From Eubacterium sp. (GTDB lineage Bacteria > Bacillota > Clostridia > Lachnospirales > Lachnospiraceae), in NCBI GenBank assembly GCA_017437905.1, contig JAFRWY010000020.1, positions 7,632 through 71,631 of the forward strand: a stretch of 64,000 nt of DNA, written 5' to 3'. Position numbers and translations under genes: made by a program. This document shows positions 1-9,257 of this stretch, one piece after another. Numbering within the stretch: position 1 is the stretch's first letter; the number at the start of each line of letters is the position of its first letter. The notes beneath the pieces are model-generated. The model was given only the letters and a program-made list of their open reading frames with translations. It had not been told where the DNA came from and made no database searches.

Positions 1-380
1 GGGACCGGTGCCTGGAGGGGATCCTTACAGGGGTCTGGAAGGACCGGGAGTTCAGTATCAACACCATCAAGCATGCGGCAGGAGATATGCGGCAGATGAT
101 CCTCCAGGATGCGCAGGATATCTTTAATGCGGCCATAGACTACCTCAGGGCGCAGCCCTCCATGGACAGCCGGGAGATCCGTCACATGAACCCGGAGGAG
201 CAGCGGCTTCTGGCAAGATTCTTTGCCTACGGTATCTGCGGAATGCTGATCGAGTGGATCGAACTTGGCATGCAGGAGGAACCCTCCGTGATCGCGGGAC
301 GCATGCTGAAACTGATGACGATCTGCAAGCAGCTGGCTTACCAGCAGGTTATGGGAGAGCATGACGGGGAGAAGGTATAA
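1..380 (+). CDS. TetR/AcrR-family transcriptional regulator, C-terminal effector-domain part (5' end lies upstream of the window)
   Basis: The frame is open from nt 3 to the stop at 378-380, so tracked ORF 87..380 is only the tail of a longer gene. The helical C-terminal sequence (RLLARFFAYGICGMLIEWIELG) resembles TetR_C effector domains. It sits directly upstream of an MMPL transporter on the same strand. Confidence 0.55.
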   Translation, partial: DRCLEGILTGVWKDREFSINTIKHAAGDMRQMILQDAQDIFNAAIDYLRAQPSMDSREIRHMNPEEQRLLARFFAYGICGMLIEWIELGMQEEPSVIAGRMLKLMTICKQLAYQQVMGEHDGEKV

Positions 381-413
381 ACAGGGGTCGACTCGCCGCA
401 GATTCATAAAGTC

Positions 414-439
414 TTGTCATTTTTCTATGTTTGTATAAT
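414..439 (+). promoter_or_regulatory. Possible sigma-A-type promoter with extended -10 for the MMPL operon
   Basis: TGTATAAT at 432-439 (TGn + TATAAT). TTGTCA at 414-419 is only 14 nt upstream, so the -35 assignment is doubtful. Confidence 0.3.
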
Positions 440-524
440 GAAATCCACCACCTTCGGGAATATAGTATCACATGACGGAAGAATACTTTCGTTTTAGGAT
501 ACAATGAACCGGAGGTGTTATTAT

Positions 525-2630
525 ATGAAAGGCTTAGGAAAAGTAGTCGTCCGGCTGCGGATCCCGATCCTGATCCTGGCACTGGCTCTGCTGGTTCCAT
601 CGGTGATCGGATACTTTTCAACACGTACGAACTATGATATTCTGACCTACCTGCCGAAGGAGATCGAAACCATGAAGGGCCAGGAGATCCTGGCAAATGA
701 TTTCGGTACCGGCGCCTTCTCTCTGATCGTGGCGGAGGGGATGTCGGAGAAGGAGATCAAAGACATGGCGGCCAGGATGGAAGAGGTCGACCATGTGCGG
801 AAGGTCTTATGGTACGGAGCGGTGGCGGATATCTCGATCCCGGCGGAGATCCTGCCGGACAAGTATCTGAAGATACTGAAGAACGGCGATGCGATCCTGA
901 TGATATCCATTTATGACACCACCATGTCCTCGGATGAGACCATGAAGGCCATCGAGGATATCCGGGAGGTGGCAACGGAGCAGACCTACATCAGCGGTAT
1001 GTCGGCCATGATCGTGGATACGAAGAACCTTTCCGATAAGGAGGTTCCGATCTATGTGGTGATCGCGGTGATCCTCAGTCTGATCATCCTGATGCTTACC
1101 ATGGATTCCTTCCTGGTTCCGGTGTTCTTCCTGCTGAGTATCGGATTTGCGGTCATCTACAACCTGGGATCCAATTTTATCCAGGGAGAGATCTCTTACG
1201 TAACAAAGGCACTGGCTGCCGTGCTGCAGCTGGCGGTTACCATGGATTATTCCATTTTCCTGTGGCACAGCTACTCCGCGGAGAAGGAGGTCTGCCACGG
1301 AGACAGAAAGACAGCCATGGCCAATGCCATCAATGAGACCCTTTCCTCCGTTGTGGGAAGTTCCATCACCACGGTGGCAGGCTTCGTGGCACTGATGTTC
1401 ATGAGCTTTACCATGGGCTTCGATATGGGCCTTGTGATGGCGAAGGGTGTTGTGATCGGCGTTATCTGCTGTGTTACGATCCTTCCTTCCATGATCATGA
1501 TATTTGACAAGGCTCTGGAGAAGACAAAGCATAAGCCGCTGCTTCCGAATCTGTCGGGCATCTGCAAATGGATCGTGAAGCATTTCTATATCGGCCTGAT
1601 CCTGTTCGCGGTTCTGATCGTTCCCGCATACATCGGACAGGCAAATAACAAGGTGTACTACAATCTGGATTCCTCACTTCCGAAGGATCTGCAGTGTATG
1701 GTGGCGCAGGCCAAGCTGGACGAGAAGTTCAACATGAGTTCGACCCACATGATCCTGCTGGACAGCAATATTGATTCCAAGAGCGTAAACAAGTTTGTAA
1801 ATGAAGTGAACAAGGTGGATGGCGTCAAGGCCGCGGTGGGACTGGATTCCCTCCTGGGACCGCTTTTCCCGCGGGATATGCTGCCGAAGAGCCTGATCAA
1901 GATCCTGGACAACGGTGAGTATCAGCTGATTTTCATCCTTTCCGAATACAAGGTGGCAACGGATGAAGTTAATACCCAGTGTGACAGGATCAATGAGATC
2001 CTGGACAAGTACGACACCAAAGGCATGCTGATCGGTGAGGCACCATGTACCGAAGATCTGATCCATATCACGGATCGTGACTTCAAGGTCGTCAGTGCGG
2101 TATCGATCCTGATGGTCGGTGTGATCATCCTTCTGGTGTTCCGGTCCATCACACTTCCGATCCTGCTGATAGCGGTGATCGAATTTGCGATCTTTATCAA
2201 TATGGGTATCTCCTATTACATGGGAGATGTGCTGCCCTTCGTAGCATCCATCGTCATCGGTACGATCCAGTTGGGATCCACCGTGGATTACGCGATCCTG
2301 ATGACGAATAAATATAAGGCCGCAAGACTTTCCGGTCTGGAGAAGATCGAAGCCGTAACCTGGGCTCTCGAGAACTCCATCCACTCCGTGATCGTCAGTG
2401 CACTTTCATTCTTTGCCGCGACCATCGGTGTCGGCCTTTATTCCAATATCGATATGATCAGTGCCCTCTGTTCCATGATGGCCAGAGGTGCGATCATCAG
2501 TATGTTTGTTGTAGTCCTGCTCCTGCCTGCAGTGCTCAGGATATTTGATCCGATCATCCTGCGTACCACCATGGGCTTTAAGGGTGTGACAGGTAAGAAT
2601 AGAACATCTGACAGTTTGACACAGATCTGA
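525..2630 (+). CDS. MMPL/RND-superfamily membrane transporter
   Basis: Two blocks of about 6 hydrophobic helices, each preceded by a soluble loop. A conserved Asp-Tyr pair occurs in each half (LAVTMDYSIFLWH and GSTVDYAILMTNKY), as in MmpL proton-relay helices. GGAGG at 511-515 favours ATG 525 over the tracked ATG 504. Confidence 0.8.
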   Translation: MKGLGKVVVRLRIPILILALALLVPSVIGYFSTRTNYDILTYLPKEIETMKGQEILANDFGTGAFSLIVAEGMSEKEIKDMAARMEEVDHVRKVLWYGAVADISIPAEILPDKYLKILKNGDAILMISIYDTTMSSDETMKAIEDIREVATEQTYISGMSAMIVDTKNLSDKEVPIYVVIAVILSLIILMLTMDSFLVPVFFLLSIGFAVIYNLGSNFIQGEISYVTKALAAVLQLAVTMDYSIFLWHSYSAEKEVCHGDRKTAMANAINETLSSVVGSSITTVAGFVALMFMSFTMGFDMGLVMAKGVVIGVICCVTILPSMIMIFDKALEKTKHKPLLPNLSGICKWIVKHFYIGLILFAVLIVPAYIGQANNKVYYNLDSSLPKDLQCMVAQAKLDEKFNMSSTHMILLDSNIDSKSVNKFVNEVNKVDGVKAAVGLDSLLGPLFPRDMLPKSLIKILDNGEYQLIFILSEYKVATDEVNTQCDRINEILDKYDTKGMLIGEAPCTEDLIHITDRDFKVVSAVSILMVGVIILLVFRSITLPILLIAVIEFAIFINMGISYYMGDVLPFVASIVIGTIQLGSTVDYAILMTNKYKAARLSGLEKIEAVTWALENSIHSVIVSALSFFAATIGVGLYSNIDMISALCSMMARGAIISMFVVVLLLPAVLRIFDPIILRTTMGFKGVTGKNRTSDSLTQI

Positions 2631-2643
2631 AAGGGGAAAACGC

Positions 2644-5316
2644 ATGAAGAAGAATCTCACAAAACGTGTGGTTGCCGGAGTGATGACAGGCGCGATGCTG
2701 CTGGGACTCGGCAGCTGCGGTACGGTGGACAGGAAGGCGGAAGAGGCTACGATCCTGGAGCCGGCGGAGGCCTCCACCGAGGAAGCCATGGAACTGGGCA
2801 ATCTGATCGATGCATCCTTCAATCTGGACGGCGTCATGGAAGGCGAGAAGGATGAGACGGTCTACGCCATGGCGGATGCTCACGGAAATGTGAATTCCGT
2901 GATCGTCAGCGAGTGGCTGAAGAACAGCGACGGAGCGGCGGAGATCAAGGACCGCAGTAAGCTGACCGATATCGAAAATGTGAAGGGTGACGAAACATTT
3001 ACCCAGAACGGCGAAGAACTGGTATGGCAGGCCAACGGCAAGCCGATCTATTATCAGGGAAAGAGCGATCAGGAGCTTCCGGTAAGTGTTAAGGTCAGCT
3101 ACAAGCTGGACGGTAACGATGTGGAGCCGTCGGCGCTGGCAGGTGTTGCCGGAAAGGTGACCGTCCGTTTCGAGTATTCCAACAATGCCAAGGTCGGGGA
3201 TGTGTATGCACCGTTCCTGATGGGCACGGGTGTTCTGCTGGACGGAGAGAAGTTCTCGAATGTCAAGGTCACCAACGGTAAGGTGATCGGCGACGGAAGC
3301 CGGTTCATCGTGATCGGTGTCGGCATGCCCGGTCTGGATGACAGCCTGGCACTGGATATCGAAGGCATCAGCTTCCCGGATTATATGGAATTTGAAGCGG
3401 ATGCCACGGATTTCGAGATGGACATGGCGCTTACATTTGCAACTCCCATCGTGCTTTCCGAAGATGCCATCGATCTGAATGTGGATGATCTGAAGAAAGA
3501 GATCGATGAGAAGAGCGCACAGTATCAGGACGGTATGAACCAGCTGGCGGAAGGTATCGCAGCTTACACCGACGGTGTGGATAAGCTGGCAGGCGGTATC
3601 GACCAGGTGAATTCCGGTGCTGCGGATCTGGCAAAGGGCGCTGCACAGTTAAATGACGGTGCAAAGAGTGCACAGTCCGGTGCGTCCCAGATCTACGAAG
3701 GCGCAAAGAGTGCAAAAGAAGGTGCAGACCAGCTGGCAGCAGGCGCAAAGAGTGCAAAAGACGGCGCTGCAAAGCTGGCAGACGGAACCAAGAGCGCCAA
3801 GGAAGGTGCTGACCAGCTGTATGGCGGAACCAAGACCGCCAATAAGGGTGCAGACGATCTGGCAAGCGGTGCGAGCCAGCTGAACAATGCAGTAAAGGAT
3901 CTTCAGCTCCCCAGTCTTGACGGCGCAAAGGATAATATCACGGATGAGCAGCGTGCGGCAGCGGCACAGGAGATCCAGGCAGCTGTTGAAGCGGAAGGAT
4001 ATACGGCAGACAAGGTTTCGGATGCCATGACCCAGAGCGTGACGGGAGCTCTTCCGGCAGCACCCTCTTTCGCCGCACTGGCAGATCCGACCCTCTCGGC
4101 AGACCAGCAGGCAGCACTGATCCGGCAGGAAGCAGCGGCTGCAGGCCAGGCCGCCGTAACAGATGAGGTAAAGCAGGGTATAGCAGCCGATGCGGCAACG
4201 AAAGCCCAGGAAGCTGCAGGTGCGCTGCAGACGGATCCCTCGAAGATCACAGGAAATGCTACCTATCAGCAGATCTATGCATCCGTAAGATCCTCTCTTC
4301 TGGATCAGGCGTATGTAACAGCGATCAATGCGGCGCTGAAGGCGGATCCGGCTACCGCATCGCTCACTTATAATGATCTTTCTGCCGAGCAGATCACGGC
4401 ATATAAGCAGGCATTGTCCGGACAGGTGGAAACAGCGGTTGACCAGCAGATGGCAGGTCTCGGACAGGCACTTGCAGGTGCTTACACCGCAGGCTACGGA
4501 AACGGATACGGTGAAGGCTACGGCCTGGGTTACGGCACAGGCTACGGCACAGGTTACGGAACCGGTTACGGTACGGAATACGGTAAGCTCGCACAGGAAT
4601 TCAAGGCATTCACAAATGCCCTGTCCAAGAACCTCAGTGACGGCGTGGTACCGGTACTTACGGCAATGTGCCAGGCTTATGCAATGGTAGGTGTAAATTA
4701 CGGTATGGATGCGGTCCTGAAGGAAGTGGATTCCAAGCTCGCTGCATTTTCACCGAAGATCAAGCAGCTGAAGGATGCAACCAGTCAGCTGGCAAACGGA
4801 AGCGGTCAGCTTTCCAAGGGCATGGATGATCTGGAAAGCGGAAGCGGCCAGCTGGCCAAGGGACTGGGTGATCTGAACAACGGTGCAGGTGAACTTTCCA
4901 AGGGCCTCGACACCCTTGCAAATGGAAATGAAAGCCTTTCCAAGGGCCTGGGTGATCTGACCGGCGGAACCAGCCAGCTGAACCAGGGTCTCAGCAGCCT
5001 GGCAGACGGTACAGGCCAGCTCTCCAGAGGTGCAAGCCAGCTTTCCAACGGAACCGCACAGCTGAACGACGGCGCGGCACAGCTGGCAGCAAATAGCAGC
5101 AAGCTGACCGACGGTGCAAACCAGCTGAAGGATGCAACAGCCAAGATCATTGACGCAATCGATAAGGGTGAAGTGAAACTGGATGAACTGAAGGCCAAGT
5201 TCGAGAATATCCGCAAGGCCGGTGAGGAGTACAGCTCCTTCGGCGGCGCAAGCAGCGATATAAAGAGCAACGTTAAGTACATCATCAAGACCGAAGGCAT
5301 CTCCAGCGAGGAGTAA
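2644..5316 (+). CDS. Secreted lipoprotein with YhgE/Pip-type X-X-X-Leu-X-X-Gly heptad repeats and a central Ala/Gln-rich plus GYG-repeat region
   Basis: Signal peptide with lipobox LLGLGSC-G. Two repeat blocks (about 3530-3900 and 4740-5160) read like AKSAKEGADQLAAGAKSAKDGAAKLADG and LANGSGQLSKGMDDLESGSGQLAKGLGDLNNG. No C-terminal TM segments. RBS AAAGGGGA precedes the ATG. Confidence 0.65.
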   Translation: MKKNLTKRVVAGVMTGAMLLGLGSCGTVDRKAEEATILEPAEASTEEAMELGNLIDASFNLDGVMEGEKDETVYAMADAHGNVNSVIVSEWLKNSDGAAEIKDRSKLTDIENVKGDETFTQNGEELVWQANGKPIYYQGKSDQELPVSVKVSYKLDGNDVEPSALAGVAGKVTVRFEYSNNAKVGDVYAPFLMGTGVLLDGEKFSNVKVTNGKVIGDGSRFIVIGVGMPGLDDSLALDIEGISFPDYMEFEADATDFEMDMALTFATPIVLSEDAIDLNVDDLKKEIDEKSAQYQDGMNQLAEGIAAYTDGVDKLAGGIDQVNSGAADLAKGAAQLNDGAKSAQSGASQIYEGAKSAKEGADQLAAGAKSAKDGAAKLADGTKSAKEGADQLYGGTKTANKGADDLASGASQLNNAVKDLQLPSLDGAKDNITDEQRAAAAQEIQAAVEAEGYTADKVSDAMTQSVTGALPAAPSFAALADPTLSADQQAALIRQEAAAAGQAAVTDEVKQGIAADAATKAQEAAGALQTDPSKITGNATYQQIYASVRSSLLDQAYVTAINAALKADPATASLTYNDLSAEQITAYKQALSGQVETAVDQQMAGLGQALAGAYTAGYGNGYGEGYGLGYGTGYGTGYGTGYGTEYGKLAQEFKAFTNALSKNLSDGVVPVLTAMCQAYAMVGVNYGMDAVLKEVDSKLAAFSPKIKQLKDATSQLANGSGQLSKGMDDLESGSGQLAKGLGDLNNGAGELSKGLDTLANGNESLSKGLGDLTGGTSQLNQGLSSLADGTGQLSRGASQLSNGTAQLNDGAAQLAANSSKLTDGANQLKDATAKIIDAIDKGEVKLDELKAKFENIRKAGEEYSSFGGASSDIKSNVKYIIKTEGISSEE
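4492..4584 (+). repeat. In-frame 12-bp periodic tract encoding (GYGX)n
   Basis: Encodes GYGNGYGEGYGLGYGTGYGTGYGTGYGTEYG inside the lipoprotein gene. Confidence 0.9.
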
Positions 5317-5375
5317 TCCCGTATAATAAAATAAAGGGTGGGACCGATCCGTAAGGGATGTGTCCGCCCGGTCAG

Positions 5376-5420
5376 GAACAGGTATGGTTCGACCCGGTCG
5401 AAACCATACCTGTTCTTTTT
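5376..5420 (+). terminator. Rho-independent terminator after the MMPL-lipoprotein operon
   Basis: Perfect 14-bp arms GAACAGGTATGGTT / AACCATACCTGTTC with a palindromic interior, followed by TTTTT (5416-5420). Confidence 0.75.
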
Positions 5421-5513
5421 CATGCAAAATCAGTTTAATCCGGAAGGAAAATATGATACAATGAGGAATGGCCCGCGTGTCTCATTTCCGCGGGAAGGAA
5501 GGAGAAGGAACAC

Positions 5514-7604
5514 ATGGCAGAACAACTGTATGAGAACCGGGAACTGTCCTGGCTGAAATTCAACGAACGGGTTCTGGAAGAATCCGAGGATGAGCGGACG
5601 CCGCTCTGTGAACGACTGAGCTTCATTTCCATCTTCCAGACAAATCTTGACGAATTCTTCATGGTGCGTGTGGGGTCGCTCCATGACGAAATGCTCCTGA
5701 AGGAGAATACACGCGAGAACAAGACCAACATGACCGCTGAAGAACAGCTCGAAGCCATCCGTGAACGGGTGAAGGAACTGATCAAGCGGAAGGATATCTC
5801 CTACGCCAATCTGATGGGACATGTGGAGGCGGAGGGGATCCATATCATCAACTTCCAGAAGCTGGATGACCGTCAGGGCGCATACCTGCAGACCTATTTC
5901 GAGCAGGAAATCATGCCGCTGCTGTCCCCCATCACCGTCAGCAAGAAGCAGCCGTTCCCGTTCATCAAGAACAACGAGATCTGCGCCGTTGCGGTGCTGG
6001 TGCCGAAGAACAGCAAGGCCAAGAATCCGAAGACAAGGATCGGTATCGTACCGTGCAATAACGGTATGTTCAACCGTCTGATCCAGATCCCCGGCTCCAA
6101 GGGCTATGCCATGCTGGCGGAAGAGTTGATCCTGCATTTCCTGCCCAGCGTATTCCAGGGCTATACCATCGTCAGCAAGTCCCTGATCCGTGTGACCAGA
6201 AATGCTGATATCGATGCGGATAAGGGATATGACGAAGAACTAAGCTACCGGGAGCATATGGAAGAGGTGATCAAGCAGCGCCGCAAGCTGACTCCGGTGC
6301 GGATGGAATATACCCGTGACCTGGATAAGCAGGTGCTGACCCAGATGAAGAATTTCCTGAAGATCGATAAGGATATGATCTTCAAGACCAAGTCGCCGCT
6401 GGACCTGTCCTTTGTCTTTGATATCCAGGATATCCTGCGGCACAGATCGGAGCTCTTCTTTGAGAAGCGCTTCCCCCAGAGATCCCCGATGCTGGATGAG
6501 ACAAAGCCGCTGATCCCCCAGATCCTGGAGGGAGACAAGCTGCTGTCCTATCCCTATGAGAGCATCCGTCCCTTCCTGAATATGCTGACGGAAGCCGCAA
6601 ATGATCCCCAGGTGGTATCCATCAAGATGACCCTGTACCGGCTGGCAAAGCACAGCAAGGTGGTGGAGGCGCTGGTGGAGGCGGCCGAGAACGGAAAACA
6701 GGTGGATGTGCTGGTGGAGCTGAAGGCCCGTTTCGATGAGGAGAACAATATCGAGTGGTCCCGTATGCTGGAGTCCGCCGGCTGTCACGTGATCTACGGA
6801 CTGGACGGTCTGAAGGTGCATTCGAAGCTCTGCCTGATCACAAGGAAGAACGGAGAGAGCGTTCAGTATATCACCCAGGTGGGAACCGGAAATTATAATG
6901 AGAAGACGGCGCGTCTTTATACGGATCTCTGCCTCATCACGGCGAATGTGGGTATCGGTCTGGAAGCTGCAAAGGTGTTCCAGGCACTGTCCCTCGGTGA
7001 GGTGCTGACCAGCACGGAGCATTTTATGGTGGCACCCAAATGCCTGCAGAACAAGATCATCGAGCGGATCGAGCGGGAGATTCAGATCGCGAAGGACGGC
7101 GGAGAAGGGTATCTCTGCTTTAAACTGAATTCCCTGACGGATAAGAAGATCATCGACAAGATCATTGAAGCGTCGGAAGCGGGCGTGAAGATCGAAATGG
7201 TGATCCGCGGTATCAACTGTCTTCGTACGGGTATTCCGGGAAAGACGGACCGGGTGCGTACCGTATCCATCGTGGGACGGTTCCTGGAGCATTCCCGGGT
7301 CTACATTTTCGGAAAAGGCAGCCGGGAGGAGATCTATATCTCATCTGCGGATTTCATGACGAGAAATACGGTGCACCGTGTGGAGGTGGCTGCGCCGATC
7401 TATGACAGCAAGCTGAAGGATATGATCCGGAGCATGATCCGGACACAGCTGGCGGACAATGTGAAAGCCAGAGAGCAGCGGCCGGACGGAAGCTATACCT
7501 ATGTGACACATGAGGAGCCGGCGGTGAATGCACAGGAGGAGCTGTATATACAGGCCTATCGGGCGGTGGGTGCAGCTCTTACCCGTGCAACGGAAGAAGA
7601 GTAG
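5514..7604 (+). CDS. ppk: Polyphosphate kinase 1
   Basis: The N-terminus YENRELSWLKFNERVLEE, length of about 700 aa and two C-terminal PLD-like halves are typical of PPK1. Confidence 0.93.
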   Translation: MAEQLYENRELSWLKFNERVLEESEDERTPLCERLSFISIFQTNLDEFFMVRVGSLHDEMLLKENTRENKTNMTAEEQLEAIRERVKELIKRKDISYANLMGHVEAEGIHIINFQKLDDRQGAYLQTYFEQEIMPLLSPITVSKKQPFPFIKNNEICAVAVLVPKNSKAKNPKTRIGIVPCNNGMFNRLIQIPGSKGYAMLAEELILHFLPSVFQGYTIVSKSLIRVTRNADIDADKGYDEELSYREHMEEVIKQRRKLTPVRMEYTRDLDKQVLTQMKNFLKIDKDMIFKTKSPLDLSFVFDIQDILRHRSELFFEKRFPQRSPMLDETKPLIPQILEGDKLLSYPYESIRPFLNMLTEAANDPQVVSIKMTLYRLAKHSKVVEALVEAAENGKQVDVLVELKARFDEENNIEWSRMLESAGCHVIYGLDGLKVHSKLCLITRKNGESVQYITQVGTGNYNEKTARLYTDLCLITANVGIGLEAAKVFQALSLGEVLTSTEHFMVAPKCLQNKIIERIEREIQIAKDGGEGYLCFKLNSLTDKKIIDKIIEASEAGVKIEMVIRGINCLRTGIPGKTDRVRTVSIVGRFLEHSRVYIFGKGSREEIYISSADFMTRNTVHRVEVAAPIYDSKLKDMIRSMIRTQLADNVKAREQRPDGSYTYVTHEEPAVNAQEELYIQAYRAVGAALTRATEEE

Positions 7605-7650
7605 TCTTAAAAAAAGCAGGTCTAAAGGATCCTGCGGGACATAAGGACGG

Positions 7651-9255
7651 ATGGAAGAAAAGAAGAAGGAAAAACTGCATATCAGCATGAGCACTTTCCT
7701 GGTGATCACCGTCTTCTCCGTGATCCTGCTTGTGGCTGCGGGAACTGCGATCGGCATACTCCTTTTTTCGGAGAGGACCGCTTCGGATTCTCTTCTGGAT
7801 AAGACGGAGGAGCAGGCGGAACGGCTGGCGGATCAGATCGCCCTCCATCATTTCCGGATCGAATCGGCGGAGAATACACTGGCGGCGGATATCGATGAGA
7901 CCGCATTTCTTGCGGGAGGAAGGATCCTGGTGATCGGACGGGACTACCGGATCGTAAAGGATACCTTCTCCTTCCAGCAGGAGGCCTATATCGTCAGTGA
8001 GAATATCATGACGGTGATGACGGGGGAACAGGAACGCATCGCATCCATCCGGAATTCCTACGCGGAGGTCATGCTTCCGATCCGGGGAACCAACGGAGAG
8101 ATCCAGGGCGTGATCGTTTCCACCGCATCCACGAGACCCATCGAGCAGCGCCAGCGGATCATCGTCAGAAACACCCTGATCCTCAGCGGTGTCGTGCTCC
8201 TTGTGGCCATCCTGGCAGTGCTTCTGGTATCCCGGCTTACGGTGCGGGGACTGAAGGACATGAACCGGCGGATCGCGCATATCTCGGAGGGCAATCTGGA
8301 TGAGAAGCTTCCGGAGAGCGGATTCCGGGAGACCCGGTATCTGGCGAAGAACTATAACGGTGTCATCGCCCAGCTGGCGGACATCGATACCACCCGGCAG
8401 GAGTTCGTATCCGACGTGTCCCATGAGCTGAAGACCCCCATCACCTCCATGAAGGTGCTGGCGGAGTCCCTGCTGCAGAATGAAAATGCCACCACCGAGG
8501 ATTACCGTGAGTTCATGACGGACATCGTGGAGGAGATCGACCGGGAGACGAAGATCATCAATGACCTGCTGGCCCTTGTTAAGACGGATAAGCAGAACGC
8601 GGTGATGAACTTCTCGGAGGTGGACATCAACCAGCTGATCGACGTGATCATGCGGCGCGTGACACCTCTCGCCAAGAAGAGAAATATCGAGCTGACCTAC
8701 GAGAGCTACCGCAGCGTGAAGGCGGAGGCGGATGAGGTGAAGCTGTCCCTGGTCATTTCCAATCTGGTTGAAAATGCCATCAAGTACAATGTGGATAACG
8801 GCTGGGTGCGGATCACCCTGAACGCCGATCATAAGTATTACTATATCAAGGTTGCGGATTCCGGCGTGGGAATTCCGGAGGACGCAAAGGATAAGGTGTT
8901 CGAGCGGTTTTACCGCGTCAGCAAGGACCGGAGCCGTGATACGGGCGGTACGGGCCTCGGACTGGCTATCGCCCGTTCATCCATCAATGCACACGGCGGT
9001 ACCATCAAGCTGTACAGCGAATCCGGAAAGGGGACCACATTTACCGTCCGGCTGCCGCTGGTGCAGGAGACGGTAGAGAAGGACGCGCCGGAGAAGAAAA
9101 CCGCGGAGAAGAAAACTACGGAGAAGAAAACTACGGAGAAGAAGGCTTCGGAAACGTCGGAACCGGAGAAAAAAACATCAGGGAAAAAGACGCTGGAGAA
9201 AAAACAGACGGAGAAAAAAACGGCGGAGAAAAAATCCGCAGAGAAGGAATCGTGA
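7651..9255 (+). CDS. Membrane sensor histidine kinase (2 TM, HAMP-like linker, HisKA, HATPase_c) with a Lys/Glu-rich repeat tail
   Basis: H-box FVSDVSHELKTPITSMK. N and G boxes NLVENAIKYN, DSGVGIP and GGTGLGLAI. TM helices near aa 12-40 and 170-195. No response-regulator gene is adjacent on either side. Confidence 0.85.
   Translation: MEEKKKEKLHISMSTFLVITVFSVILLVAAGTAIGILLFSERTASDSLLDKTEEQAERLADQIALHHFRIESAENTLAADIDETAFLAGGRILVIGRDYRIVKDTFSFQQEAYIVSENIMTVMTGEQERIASIRNSYAEVMLPIRGTNGEIQGVIVSTASTRPIEQRQRIIVRNTLILSGVVLLVAILAVLLVSRLTVRGLKDMNRRIAHISEGNLDEKLPESGFRETRYLAKNYNGVIAQLADIDTTRQEFVSDVSHELKTPITSMKVLAESLLQNENATTEDYREFMTDIVEEIDRETKIINDLLALVKTDKQNAVMNFSEVDINQLIDVIMRRVTPLAKKRNIELTYESYRSVKAEADEVKLSLVISNLVENAIKYNVDNGWVRITLNADHKYYYIKVADSGVGIPEDAKDKVFERFYRVSKDRSRDTGGTGLGLAIARSSINAHGGTIKLYSESGKGTTFTVRLPLVQETVEKDAPEKKTAEKKTTEKKTTEKKASETSEPEKKTSGKKTLEKKQTEKKTAEKKSAEKES
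9070..9250 (+). repeat. In-frame low-complexity (T/A)EKK repeat tract
   Basis: Encodes PEKKTAEKKTTEKKTTEKKASETSEPEKKTSGKKTLEKKQTEKKTAEKKSAEKE at the kinase C-terminus. It also creates a spurious antisense ORF (8910..9287). Confidence 0.9.
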
Positions 9256-9257
9256 GG

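Noticed and set aside
504-524. Upstream-extended start codons in the ORF track (504, 12707, 14898, 16693, 25127, 30400, 32409, 37847, 40541, 42060, 43237, 52441, 60531, 61903)
   Set aside because: In each case a downstream start has a better-placed GGAGG-like RBS and yields a canonical N-terminus or signal peptide. Several extensions also run through predicted promoters, leaders or the upstream gene.
3431-3928. Several 60-165-aa ORFs in other frames and strands across the heptad-repeat region (3431..3928 -, 3653..3883 +, 3693..3887 -, 4750..5427 -)
   Set aside because: They arise from low-complexity GCA/AAG/GGT repeats. Only the + frame starting at 2644 has a signal peptide or lipobox and runs continuously through the region.
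5338-5556. 72-aa ORF in the lipoprotein/ppk1 intergenic region
   Set aside because: It spans the terminator hairpin and the ppk1 promoter/RBS region. It has an Arg-rich composition and no RBS.
7579-8832. 417-aa minus-strand ORF (also 807..1583, 1674..2384 and 6240..7292 on the minus strand)
   Set aside because: These are antisense shadows of the histidine kinase, MMPL and ppk1 genes.
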